Positions 1 to 7,631 of a DNA stretch of 24,000 nucleotides are shown here, one piece after another. Under the pieces are notes generated by a model. It saw nothing but the letters and a program-made list of their open reading frames with translations, did no database searches and was not told where the DNA came from. A program made the translations under genes and the position numbers. Origin of the DNA: Andreesenia angusta (lineage in GTDB: Bacteria > Bacillota > Clostridia > Tissierellales > Gottschalkiaceae); assembly GCA_030537835.1 (NCBI GenBank), contig JAUNVB010000001.1:41437-65436 (forward strand), given 5' to 3'. Position 1 is the first letter of the stretch; the number at the start of each line of letters is the position of its first letter.

Positions 1-1213
1 CTGTAGTACTCATAAAATCTTCTATTCGCTCTCTCATATTGTCTGAATTAGTCTCTGTATATCTTCTTTGAAGATTATTAACTACACCTTCAAATACACC
101 TTTATACTCTTTCCACCCTCCAAATCTGCTATCGAATCTAAACTTTATGCTTTCTCCTCTAGTTCCATATAGTATTTCATCTATCATTTCTTTTTTAGCT
201 TCTTTTAATGGTTTATCTAGTGGAAAATCATATTTCTCAGCAATAGCTCTAAACGATCTGAAATAATATCCATCTTCCGATGTGTTCTGATACGGTGCAA
301 TTGCTCCTTCTTTTATTGACAAATCCATATTTGGAATTACCAATTCTGGATCTACATTCATATGACTCCCTAAACCATTGCATTCATCACACATTCCTAA
401 TGGATTATTAAAAGAAAACATCCTTGGAGATATTTCATCTATTGCAATTTCACAATCTACACAAGCAAATTTTTGGCTGAACTTTAATTCTTTATTTCCA
501 ATTAAATCCACTATAACTAATCCATCCGTTAGTGAAAGTGCTGTTTCTAAGGAATCCGCCAATCTATTCTCTATTCCTTCTTTTATTATTATCCTATCTA
601 TTACTATATCTATACTATGCTTTTTGTTTTTTTCAAGCTCTATTTCTTCAGATATATCTCTTACTTCACCATTTACTCTTATCCTTACAAATCCTTCTTT
701 TTTTATATTTTCTAGTATTTTTTTATGCTGTCCTTTCTGCTCTCTTACTACAGGAGCTAGGATTTGAATTCTAGTCCTTTCATCTAATCCCATAATCTGA
801 TCTACCATTTGATCTATAGTTTGAGATGTAATTGGCTTATTACATTTTGGACAATATGGTGTCCCGATTCTTGCAAACAATAATCTTAAATAGTCATATA
901 CTTCTGTTACAGTTCCAACTGTAGATCTAGGATTTTTGCTTGTCGTCTTTTGATCTATAGAGATCGATGGTGATAATCCTTCAATATATTCTACATCTGG
1001 CTTATCCATCTGACCTAAAAACTGTCTTGCATATGAGGATAAACTCTCTACATATCTTCTCTGTCCTTCTGCATAAATAGTATCAAAAGCTAAAGAAGAT
1101 TTACCTGAACCACTTAATCCTGTAAATACAATGAATTTATCTCTTGGTATTTCCAAATCTATATTTTTTAAATTATGTTGTTTTGCGCCTTTTATAACAA
1201 TTTTATTTTTCAT
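1..1213 (-). CDS. uvrA: Excinuclease ABC subunit A (UvrA), N-terminal ~404 codons; runs off the window edge
   Basis: The minus-strand frame is open from the ATG at 1213-1211 to position 1. It is absent from the ORF track only because it is edge-truncated. Hand translation starts MKNKIVIKGAKQHNLKNIDLEIPRDKFIVFTGLSGSGKSSLAFD, the canonical UvrA N-terminus with Walker A GLSGSGKSS. A GAGG Shine-Dalgarno lies upstream of the ATG. Confidence 0.95.
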   Translation of the reverse strand, partial: MKNKIVIKGAKQHNLKNIDLEIPRDKFIVFTGLSGSGKSSLAFDTIYAEGQRRYVESLSSYARQFLGQMDKPDVEYIEGLSPSISIDQKTTSKNPRSTVGTVTEVYDYLRLLFARIGTPYCPKCNKPITSQTIDQMVDQIMGLDERTRIQILAPVVREQKGQHKKILENIKKEGFVRIRVNGEVRDISEEIELEKNKKHSIDIVIDRIIIKEGIENRLADSLETALSLTDGLVIVDLIGNKELKFSQKFACVDCEIAIDEISPRMFSFNNPLGMCDECNGLGSHMNVDPELVIPNMDLSIKEGAIAPYQNTSEDGYYFRSFRAIAEKYDFPLDKPLKEAKKEMIDEILYGTRGESIKFRFDSRFGGWKEYKGVFEGVVNNLQRRYTETNSDNMRERIEDFMSTT

Positions 1214-1241
1214 ATTATTACCTCAATACCTCTTTAAATAG

Positions 1242-1280
1242 AAAAAAGTATTCTGAATGCAATTATTCGAAACAGAATAC
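1242..1280 (-). terminator. Hairpin plus T6 tract just 5' of the uvrA RBS (terminator for sdpI-like transcript or attenuator/leader structure of uvrA)
   Basis: An 8-bp inverted repeat has arms GTATTCTG (1248-1255) and CAGAATAC (1273-1280) with a 17-nt spacer. The spacer contains an inner GAAT/ATTC pair. On the minus strand the stem is followed directly by TTTTTT (complement of 1242-1247). The stem is short and AT-rich, so strength is uncertain. Confidence 0.4.
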
Positions 1281-1454
1281 ATTTTAATATATTTATAATA
1301 TTAATTTTAACTTACATATAATCTATATTTTATCATATAATATATAAAAATACTAATGGATGAAATGTCTTTTAAGACTATATTCGTCTAATTATATTAG
1401 TCGGATTGATAATATAATAATTAAATTGATTTCTATATTTAAAAATTATTATTT

Positions 1455-2108
1455 TTAATTCTCTAACTTTTCTCTATCGTAATATACTTTTGATAAAGTA
1501 ACTGAAATTATTGCCACTATGATTATGCTTATAGATGAAATTATTATTTTAAAATTTGCTGATAGGTTTTTATTTAAAAGCAGATAATAATTTATCCCAC
1601 TTACTATTAATGTAAAAAGTTTTGAACTTTTATGAGTTTTTTTCCATATTTTTTCAGATTCCAAAGACCATTTAGTTCTAATTCCAAGTAAAAAGTTTCG
1701 TTTTAAATCTTCTGAAAATAATCCAAATATTAGAAATACATTTGCGACTATAATTAAGAAAACTTTTTCAAAAGTCCATCCTATATCGTATATATTCACA
1801 CTTATTCCCTTTTCCTGATATATTGAAAAAAATGAAGACATACAGATATTATAATTTAGAATAATAAGTATATTAATTATTTTTTTGTATTTTAAATTTT
1901 TATATTTAAGTATATCTAATACAGCTAGAATTAATATATTTACAATTATACTTGCTATTAATATTTTTCTATCTGCCCATGAATCTATATATCCTGTTAG
2001 ATTTGAATGTTTAGGTATTATTTGTGGTATTTTATTATACAATAATAAAAGCAATATTAGAGGCGATAGTACTAAATAAGCTAGTTCTATCTTCTCAATC
2101 TTTTTCAA
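1455..2108 (-). CDS. SdpI/YhfL-family polytopic membrane protein with DUF1648-like N-terminus
   Basis: 217-aa ORF with several hydrophobic helices. The N-terminal motif IPKHSNLTGYIDSWADRK resembles DUF1648. GIRTKWSLESEKIWKKTHKSSKLF resembles the SdpI-family signature (GIRT.W...W..TH). TTG start 10 nt after GGGAGG. Confidence 0.7.
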   Translation of the reverse strand: MKKIEKIELAYLVLSPLILLLLLYNKIPQIIPKHSNLTGYIDSWADRKILIASIIVNILILAVLDILKYKNLKYKKIINILIILNYNICMSSFFSIYQEKGISVNIYDIGWTFEKVFLIIVANVFLIFGLFSEDLKRNFLLGIRTKWSLESEKIWKKTHKSSKLFTLIVSGINYYLLLNKNLSANFKIIISSISIIIVAIISVTLSKVYYDREKLEN

Positions 2109-2487
2109 TTTTATATTACCTCCCTCAATTTAAAACTCGCATAGATACTTTAGTTTTTCCCTAATTTTATTATAAGGTATATTCAAAAAGTCTTGTTTCA
2201 TCTTCTTACCCATCTTGACATTTTTGAAAAGCAATATTATATACAATTATCTGATTTAAAAATATAATCATTTAATCTAGTATTTCTTTCTACCCCTTTT
2301 TATCCTAAAAGTTCAATAGTTTAATATTAATCTACTTATTCTCAAATACTTTATAATAATAGTTATGTTGAATAATTATTATTTATTGATACTGATATAA
2401 TTAGATGATTTAACGTTTTCATAAGATTTCTAGTGAATATGTACTCTTATATTCATATTGTGTTTGAATATTTATACCAAAATAAGC

Positions 2488-2516
2488 TTGACTAATTGAG
2501 GCTATAATGTTACAAT
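2488..2516 (+). promoter_or_regulatory. Sigma-A type promoter for the mop-like gene
   Basis: TTGACT (2488-2493), a 17-nt spacer, then TACAAT (2511-2516), about 30 nt upstream of the ATG at 2548. Confidence 0.5.
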
Positions 2517-2547
2517 TAGTTATAGAAAATAAAAGGAGGAATTGAAT

Positions 2548-2754
2548 ATGAAAATAACAGGAAGAAATAAATTAGCAGGAAAAGTAGTAAATATAGTTAC
2601 AGGAATGGTAACTTGTGAAGTTGAAATAGAAACTAAAGGTGGAGACAGAGTTGTTGGTGTAGTTACTAAGGGTTCTGTTGAAGAAATGGATATAAAAGTT
2701 GGTGACGAAATAACTGCATTAGTTAAAGCTACTTCAGTTATGTTCATAAAATAA
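2548..2754 (+). CDS. mop: Molybdenum-pterin/molybdate-binding Mop protein (single TOBE domain, 68 aa)
   Basis: The translation MKITGRNKLAGKVVNIVTGMVTCEVEIETKGGDRVVGVVTKGSVEEMDIKVGDEITALVKATSVMFIK matches the TOBE/Mop pattern (SARN.L.G.V....G.v...V.i....g..i.a.iT..s...L.l..G..v.a.iKa..V.i). The ATG at 2548 lies 9 nt after AAGGAGG, so it is preferred over the track start at 2542. Confidence 0.85.
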   Translation: MKITGRNKLAGKVVNIVTGMVTCEVEIETKGGDRVVGVVTKGSVEEMDIKVGDEITALVKATSVMFIK

Positions 2755-2770
2755 TTATTCCATCAAAAAA

Positions 2771-2816
2771 GAGGCTGTTGTAAAATGACCAAGAATCATT
2801 TTACAACAGTCTTTTT
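2771..2816. terminator. Bidirectional rho-independent terminator shared by mop (+) and uvrB (-)
   Basis: A perfect 14-bp stem pairs CTGTTGTAAAATGA (2775-2788) with TCATTTTACAACAG (2796-2809) around the loop CCAAGAA. It is flanked by an A-run on the left and a T-run on the right, so it can terminate in both directions. Confidence 0.75.
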
Positions 2817-4796
2817 CTATTCTATACTAGATTTTAATATATTTATCTTATCTCTAATTTCTGCTGCTCTTTCAAATTCTAATAGCCTAGCCATCTCCTT
2901 CATTTCTCTTTCAAGTATCTCTATATCCTTCTTAATATTATCTATATCTTTAGTACTTAGCACTTTCTTCTTCCCGTACTCTTCTACATCTTCTGCAACT
3001 TTTGTTGCTTCTATAACATCTCTAATACCTTTTTGAATCGTCTTTGGAATTATTTTGTGTTCCTTATTGTAATTCTCCTGAATATTCCTTCTTCTATTAG
3101 TTTCGCTTATTGCCTTTTCCATAGAATTTGTAATCCTATCAGCATACATTATTACCTCTCCATTAGAGTTTCTAGCAGCTCTACCAATAGTTTGAACCAT
3201 AGATGTCTCAGAACGCAAGAAGCCTTCTTTATCAGCATCTAGAATAGCGACAAGAGATACTTCAGGAATATCTAATCCCTCTCTTAATAGATTTATTCCA
3301 ACTAATACATCGAATTTTCCAAGTCTAAGATCTCTTATTATCTCCATTCTCTCTATAGTCTTAATATCAGAGTGAAGATATTCCACTTTTAAGCCTATTT
3401 CTGAAAAATAACTGGTTAGATCTTCTGACATCTTTTTGGTCAATGTAGTTATAAGTACTCTCTCATTTCTCTCTATTCTTATATTTATTTCTTTAATCAA
3501 ATCATCTATCTGATTTTTAGTACTTCTTACAGATATTTTTGGATCTAATAATCCTGTAGGTCTTATTATCTGTTCTACGGTTTTTTCTGTATGCTCTATC
3601 TCATAAGGTCCTGGTGTAGCAGAAACGAAGAGTATCTGATTTATATGATTTTCAAACTCTTCAAAGGTAAGAGGTCTGTTATCAAGTGCAGATGGTAATC
3701 TAAAACCATAATCAACTAATGTAGTCTTTCTAGATCTATCTCCGCCATACATCCCTCTTATCTGAGGTATTGTCACATGAGACTCATCAATTATCATAAG
3801 ATAATCGTCAGGAAAATAATCTAATAATGTATATGGCTTGCTTCCGGCTGGTCTTTGACTTAGATGTCTAGAATAGTTTTCTATTCCTTGACAAAATCCC
3901 ATCTCCCTTAACATCTCAATATCATACATAGTTCTCTGCTTCAGCCTCTGTGCTTCTAATAGTTTATCTTCTGATTCTAATTCCTTTAATCTTTCTTCTA
4001 ATTCAATTTCTATAGTTTTCACAGCTTTTTTAACTTTTTCTTCTGAAGTAGCAAAGTGAGATGCTGGGAATATTGATATATGATTTCTTTCACCTATTAC
4101 TTCTCCTGTTAGAGCATTTATTTCCACTATTCTATCTATCTCATCTCCAAAGAATTCTATCCTTATGGCATTTTCATTAGAAGAAGCTGGAAATACTTCT
4201 AATATATCACCTCTGACTCTAAATGTTCCTCTAGTAAAATTCATATCATTTCTATCATATTGTATATCTACAAGCTTCCTTATAATATCATCCCTATCTC
4301 TTTCCATACCTGGCCTTAAAGACACTACAAGGTTTTCATAGTCTATCGGGTCTCCTAATCCATAGATACAAGATACACTCGAAACTATTATTACATCCCT
4401 TCGCTCAAATAGTGCTGCAGTTGCAGAATGCCTTAATTTATCTATCTCATCATTTATAGAAGCATCTTTTTCAATATAGGTATCAGAACTCGGCACATAC
4501 GCCTCTGGTTGATAATAATCGTAATAGCTTACAAAATACTCAACTGCATTATTAGGAAAGAACTCTTTAAATTCACTCGCAAGCTGAGCTGCTAATGTCT
4601 TATTATGAGCTATTACAATTGTCGGTTTTTGTACTCTCTCTATAATATTAGCCATTGTAAAAGTCTTTCCCGATCCTGTTACTCCTAATAATGTCTCATA
4701 CTTCAAACCATTCTCTATACCGTCTGATAATTCATCTATGGCTTCAGGCTGATCTCCTGTCGGTTTATAATCTGAGATAAGCTCAAATTTATTCAT
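2817..4796 (-). CDS. uvrB: Excinuclease ABC subunit B (UvrB)
   Basis: 659-aa ORF with the Walker A motif [10 protein letters not shown]. It also has the helicase motifs DESH and YADRIT, and a C-terminal UVR domain (AAEIRDKI). AGAGGTG SD 6 nt before the ATG. Confidence 0.98.
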   Translation of the reverse strand: MNKFELISDYKPTGDQPEAIDELSDGIENGLKYETLLGVTGSGKTFTMANIIERVQKPTIVIAHNKTLAAQLASEFKEFFPNNAVEYFVSYYDYYQPEAYVPSSDTYIEKDASINDEIDKLRHSATAALFERRDVIIVSSVSCIYGLGDPIDYENLVVSLRPGMERDRDDIIRKLVDIQYDRNDMNFTRGTFRVRGDILEVFPASSNENAIRIEFFGDEIDRIVEINALTGEVIGERNHISIFPASHFATSEEKVKKAVKTIEIELEERLKELESEDKLLEAQRLKQRTMYDIEMLREMGFCQGIENYSRHLSQRPAGSKPYTLLDYFPDDYLMIIDESHVTIPQIRGMYGGDRSRKTTLVDYGFRLPSALDNRPLTFEEFENHINQILFVSATPGPYEIEHTEKTVEQIIRPTGLLDPKISVRSTKNQIDDLIKEINIRIERNERVLITTLTKKMSEDLTSYFSEIGLKVEYLHSDIKTIERMEIIRDLRLGKFDVLVGINLLREGLDIPEVSLVAILDADKEGFLRSETSMVQTIGRAARNSNGEVIMYADRITNSMEKAISETNRRRNIQENYNKEHKIIPKTIQKGIRDVIEATKVAEDVEEYGKKKVLSTKDIDNIKKDIEILEREMKEMARLLEFERAAEIRDKINILKSSIE

Positions 4797-4807
4797 TCAA
4801 TACACCT

Positions 4808-5317
4808 CTATTTTTCTTTTGATTTAACTATTTCAATCGCCTTTTGTAATTGATTATCCTCATTTATATACTCCGGTCCTATACCTTCAATATCTTCATT
4901 TAATTCAACCTTAATATCAGGCTCAATCCCTTTTTTATTTATTTTTCTTCCTTTAGGTGAAAAATATTCTGATATCGTTAACTTTATCCCACTTCCATCT
5001 GATAGTTCTTCTACGATTTGAACAACACCCTTACCGAATGTCTTTGTCCCAATAATTGTTCCTTTTTTACTATCTTGAATGGCTGCAGTTAAAATTTCTG
5101 ATGCTGATGCTGTGTTTTCATTTACTAATACTGCAAGCGGAACTTTAATTTCATTGGGTTTTGAATATAGATATTCTTTTTTTCCATTCTTATCTTTAGT
5201 ATATACTATAATGCCTTCAGGAATGAGTTCATCTATTATATCACTTGCTATAGCCAAATTTCCTCCTCCATTTTCTCTCACATCTATTATTAACGATTTC
5301 ATATTTTTTGATTTCAA
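4808..5317 (-). CDS. S41 peptidase C-terminal catalytic fragment (no signal peptide of its own)
   Basis: Contains S41 hallmark motifs: LIIDVRENGGG, the catalytic Ser region NENTASASE and the catalytic Lys region TFGKGVVQ. The track start is an internal TTG. In-frame homology extends upstream to 5458. Confidence 0.7.
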   Translation of the reverse strand: MKSKNMKSLIIDVRENGGGNLAIASDIIDELIPEGIIVYTKDKNGKKEYLYSKPNEIKVPLAVLVNENTASASEILTAAIQDSKKGTIIGTKTFGKGVVQIVEELSDGSGIKLTISEYFSPKGRKINKKGIEPDIKVELNEDIEGIGPEYINEDNQLQKAIEIVKSKEK

Positions 5318-5464
5318 TTCATCGAATTTGCTTTTAAATTCATTATAAGTTTCATCTTCAAACTGTACTATCCTTATATATCCAATACCATCTTCTAAGA
5401 TTTGTCCTTCAACAGACGGACTAATTACTTCTTCTCTAATTATTTTTTTCTCAATTATTTATTT

Positions 5465-6001
5465 TTATCCTTTCTTTATTCTAAGAAAAGTTTTATTTAC
5501 AGGTTTTCCTTCTTTGCCTTTTATTATAGATACAGCATCATCGATCTCTTCACCTGTATATTCTTTATTTTCAACCTTCCAAAGTATATCTCCTGCTTTT
5601 ATCCCTTCTTTTTCTGCAGGTCCACCTTTTATAGGTGTTACCACTTGTATTCTATTATCTTCATTTGGACTCACAATTACTCCAATTCCTACAAATTTTC
5701 CACTTGAAGCTTCTTTGAATTGTGAGAATTCTTTTTTGTCCATATAAACAGAGTATGGATCATTAAGAGCTTTAAACACTCCTTTATACATTCCTTCCGC
5801 TAAATCTCCTTTTTCTCCGAGATAATTATTATCTATATATCTAGTTAATTTATTAAGTTTTTCTATATCTTTTGGTTTTATATCTTCTTTATTTGCCCCA
5901 TTTGGTAATCTTAAGCCATTTAAATTTGAGCTATTCATACCAATTCCCAATCCAAGCAAAAGAGTTAATATTGGAATTCCTATACTTTTAAATCTTGACA
6001 A
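5465..6001 (-). CDS. S41 peptidase N-terminal fragment: signal/anchor helix plus PDZ domain
   Basis: 178 aa with the hydrophobic N-terminus IGIPILTLLLGLGIG. PDZ-like segment: GIGVIVSPNEDNRIQVVTPIKGGPAEKEGIKAGDIL. TTG start 9 nt after GAAAGGA. Confidence 0.75.
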   Translation of the reverse strand: MSRFKSIGIPILTLLLGLGIGMNSSNLNGLRLPNGANKEDIKPKDIEKLNKLTRYIDNNYLGEKGDLAEGMYKGVFKALNDPYSVYMDKKEFSQFKEASSGKFVGIGVIVSPNEDNRIQVVTPIKGGPAEKEGIKAGDILWKVENKEYTGEEIDDAVSIIKGKEGKPVNKTFLRIKKG

Positions 6002-6035
6002 TTTAACATATCCTTTCTTTTTCTTATGATTATTA

Positions 6036-6044
6036 ATTATAACA
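6036..6044 (-). promoter_or_regulatory. Extended -10 element (TGTTATAAT) upstream of the Ctp peptidase
   Basis: The minus strand reads TGTTATAAT about 35 nt upstream of the TTG start at 6001. No good -35 is seen. Confidence 0.4.
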
Positions 6045-6105
6045 TAATAATTTAAGCTTTAATTAGATTTTATTTTAATATAGAAAATAGCTTTGTTTAT
6101 ATATG

Positions 6106-6155
6106 AAAAAAGAGATTGAATTATATGCTGTTTTCACATATTTTTTCAATCTCTT
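6106..6155 (-). terminator. Second, imperfect hairpin with trailing T-run between the NlpC/P60 gene and the Ctp gene
   Basis: An 11-bp stem pairs AAGAGATTGAA (6110-6120) with TTCAATCTCTT (6145-6155). An inner 5-bp stem pairs ATATG with CATAT. On the minus strand the structure is followed by a T-run. Confidence 0.4.
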
Positions 6156-6194
6156 AATTTTAATACCTTCTTTAACTACTCTATTTAAAATTAT

Positions 6195-6221
6195 AAAAAC
6201 TCAGCTGTAAGCTGAGTTTTT
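6195..6221 (-). terminator. Rho-independent terminator of the NlpC/P60 gene
   Basis: AAAAACTCAGCT (6195-6206) pairs with AGCTGAGTTTTT (6210-6221) around the loop GTA. It lies 20 nt past the stop at 6241, and T-runs are available on both strands. Confidence 0.75.
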
Positions 6222-6240
6222 AGTATTATATTATTTTATA

Positions 6241-7215
6241 TTAGTTTAATATTCTTCTTGCAACTGAATAATTTCTTAATGTAGCAACTCTAACAACGTC
6301 TCCAGTTTGTGGTGAATGTATATACTTACCATCTCCTATATACATACCAACATGATGAGTTGATCCTCTACTTCCCCAGAATACTAAATCTCCTGGTTTT
6401 AGCTCTTGTCCTGTTACATCTACTCCTGCATATTCTTGTCCCGTCGTAACTCTAGGTATATTTATTCCTGCTTGACGATATACGTATTGTACGAATCCTG
6501 AACAATCGAATCCATTAGGTGTAGTTCCACCCCATACATACGGTGTACCTAAATACTGCTCTGCTATCGATATAACATTAGAATTAGTGTTTTTTAATTC
6601 TTCAGCCATAGCAATCTCTTGTTTTTGATTTTCTAATTTATTTAATTCTTCTTCTAATACTGCTATCTGTGCTTTAACTTCTTCAGTCTGTGCAACCTCT
6701 GATTGAAGTACATTCAATCTATTTTCTATATTTATCTTTTCATCTTTAACAGATTCTAATTCTACTTCCTTATAATCTATACCATCTTTTACTGCTTTTA
6801 AATTTTCTAAAAGCTCTGGTTCTGTAGAAACAGCTTGTTTTAACTTCTCTAATTTCTCAAAATAAGAACCCATATTATCTGCTTCTAATAGCATTTCTTC
6901 ATAATTAGTATTTTCTTTTTCATATACTTCTTTTACTTTTTCTAATGCTACAGCTTTTTCTTCACTATATGTAGCACTTAAATTTCCTAATTCTTCATTT
7001 ACTACTGCTTCAGTACTATTTAAGGACTCTAATTGATTAGCAGTTTCTGTAGCTACTTGTTCTACCTCTGCAACCTGTGCCTGATACTCAGATATTTCAC
7101 TCTTTACATTATTTATATCTTGCTCTACTACTTCTAGTTCTGGTGAAGCTAATGCTGCTCCTCCTCCTAAACAAACGCTAAGTGTTAATATTGAACAAAC
7201 TAACTTCTTTTTCAT
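6241..7215 (-). CDS. Secreted coiled-coil NlpC/P60 (C40) peptidoglycan endopeptidase, CwlO-like architecture
   Basis: 324 aa with the signal peptide MKKKLVCSILTLSVCLGGGAALA. A roughly 190-aa E/K/L/Q/V-rich heptad-like region follows. The C-terminal C40 domain has the catalytic Cys in GFDCSGFVQYVY and His in THHVGMYIGDGKYIH. AGGAGAGG SD. Confidence 0.9.
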   Translation of the reverse strand: MKKKLVCSILTLSVCLGGGAALASPELEVVEQDINNVKSEISEYQAQVAEVEQVATETANQLESLNSTEAVVNEELGNLSATYSEEKAVALEKVKEVYEKENTNYEEMLLEADNMGSYFEKLEKLKQAVSTEPELLENLKAVKDGIDYKEVELESVKDEKINIENRLNVLQSEVAQTEEVKAQIAVLEEELNKLENQKQEIAMAEELKNTNSNVISIAEQYLGTPYVWGGTTPNGFDCSGFVQYVYRQAGINIPRVTTGQEYAGVDVTGQELKPGDLVFWGSRGSTHHVGMYIGDGKYIHSPQTGDVVRVATLRNYSVARRILN

Positions 7216-7342
7216 AATAAATAACCTCTCCTAAATCAAATTTAAAATTTTATCTTTCTTTCACTATTTTCATTAATTAAATTATTTTTGTAATCTTTAG
7301 CTTTAATTTGTTACTTTTGTGTAACTTTTTAACTCTTTTTTT

Positions 7343-7370
7343 ATTATAATACTTTTTCAGCAGTTTTGAA
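7343..7370 (-). promoter_or_regulatory. Candidate sigma-A promoter of the NlpC/P60 gene
   Basis: The minus strand reads TTCAAA (7370-7365), a 16-nt spacer, then TATAAT (7348-7343). This would give a leader of about 120 nt. Confidence 0.4.
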
Positions 7371-7575
7371 CCTTCCCCAAATGTTCTAAACCCTATTCTA
7401 AAGATATAATCCCCTTCACTCTTCTATTTTCTCTAGTTTTCTTCTTTTATCTCTCTATTTCGTTTTTCTTCTGATATCACACTGTATTTTTCAACGTTTT
7501 TAACACTTTTGTAATATTTGAATTTTTAAAACATAATTTTGAATCTCTGTTTTACTCTATTTATTCTCAAAATTA

Positions 7576-7584
7576 TGATATAAT
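7576..7584 (+). promoter_or_regulatory. Extended -10 promoter element (TGATATAAT) for the 5-formyl-THF cyclo-ligase gene
   Basis: TG-N-TATAAT at 7576-7584, about 45 nt upstream of the start codon. The -35 is weak. Confidence 0.45.
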
Positions 7585-7631
7585 TTATCGAAAGAATATT
7601 AATTTATTACAAATATGAAGGAGTGTTTTAT

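Larger units (their letters stand above)
4808..6001 (-). pseudogene. S41-family C-terminal processing peptidase (CtpA/CtpB-like) interrupted by two in-frame TAA codons. This is the whole-locus representation of the two fragments listed next.
   Basis: ORFs 5465..6001 and 4808..5317 are in the same reading frame (both lowest coordinates are 2 mod 3). Hand translation across the gap gives ...KTFLRIKKG*K*IIEKKIIREEVISPSVEGQILEDGIGYIRIVQFEDETYNEFKSKFDELKSKNMKSLIIDVRENGGG. The homology is therefore continuous and collinear, and the only defects are TAA at 5465-5467 and TAA at 5459-5461. Confidence 0.8.

Noticed and set aside
378-774. Plus-strand ORFs 378..767 and 532..774. The same applies to similar antisense ORFs at 1885..2079, 2520..2747(-), 2785..3036, 3033..3242, 5079..5348, 5402..5707, 5514..5747, 7692..7874(-), 8281..8724, 9049..9237, 9255..9542, 10649..10873, 13194..13481, 15113..15346, 18897..19130, 19692..20024, 21257..21559, 23142..23327 and 23376..23801.
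   Set aside because: All lie antisense to, or out of frame within, confidently identified genes. Their translations are low-complexity S/F/L/I-rich strings typical of shadow ORFs in AT-rich DNA. They have no SD sequences or recognisable motifs.
2130-2213. 27-codon minus-strand ORF (MGKKMKQDFLNIPYNKIREKLKYLCEF) immediately upstream of the SdpI-like gene, possibly the remnant of an SdpR/ArsR-type autorepressor.
   Set aside because: No SD precedes either ATG. It is far shorter than the roughly 90 aa of SdpR-family proteins. The resemblance to the C-terminal end of such regulators is too weak to call by eye.
2109-2547. Molybdenum-cofactor riboswitch or ModE operator upstream of the mop gene. Noticed features were a GAATAT-N8-ATATTC repeat at about 2444-2463 and a second near-consensus TTGACA-17-TATATA at 2215-2243.
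   Set aside because: The region is almost pure A/T and lacks the GC-rich conserved helices of the Moco RNA motif. The proximal promoter leaves only about 30 nt of leader. The short AT inverted repeats are expected by chance at this base composition.
4797-5100. LexA/DinR SOS box in front of uvrB; the 1214-1300 region in front of uvrA was checked as well.
   Set aside because: No GAAC-N4-GTTC match was found. The only nearby GTTC and GAAC words are separated by 11 nt, which is the wrong spacing. The uvrA-proximal inverted repeat is GTATTCTG/CAGAATAC, not a Cheo box.
5459-5467. Stop-codon reassignment or an alternative genetic code as the explanation for the in-frame TAA codons in the Ctp peptidase.
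   Set aside because: TAA terminates at least ten well-defined genes in this window at the expected protein ends (for example alr, mazF, folP, folE and both transketolase subunits). TAG and TGA are also used as stops. No other gene carries internal stops.
7216-7560. Possible cyclic-di-AMP (ydaO-type) riboswitch upstream of the NlpC/P60 hydrolase. Such hydrolase genes are classic ydaO targets, and the leader contains GAAGGGGA and GGGGAAGG.
   Set aside because: The most conserved ydaO core elements as I recall them are absent on either strand. These are GGGGUGAAUC, the CCGAACCCG segment and AGCUAACCUCGUAAGC. The G-rich words are isolated and no pseudo-symmetric helices could be drawn. An Rfam covariance scan would settle it.
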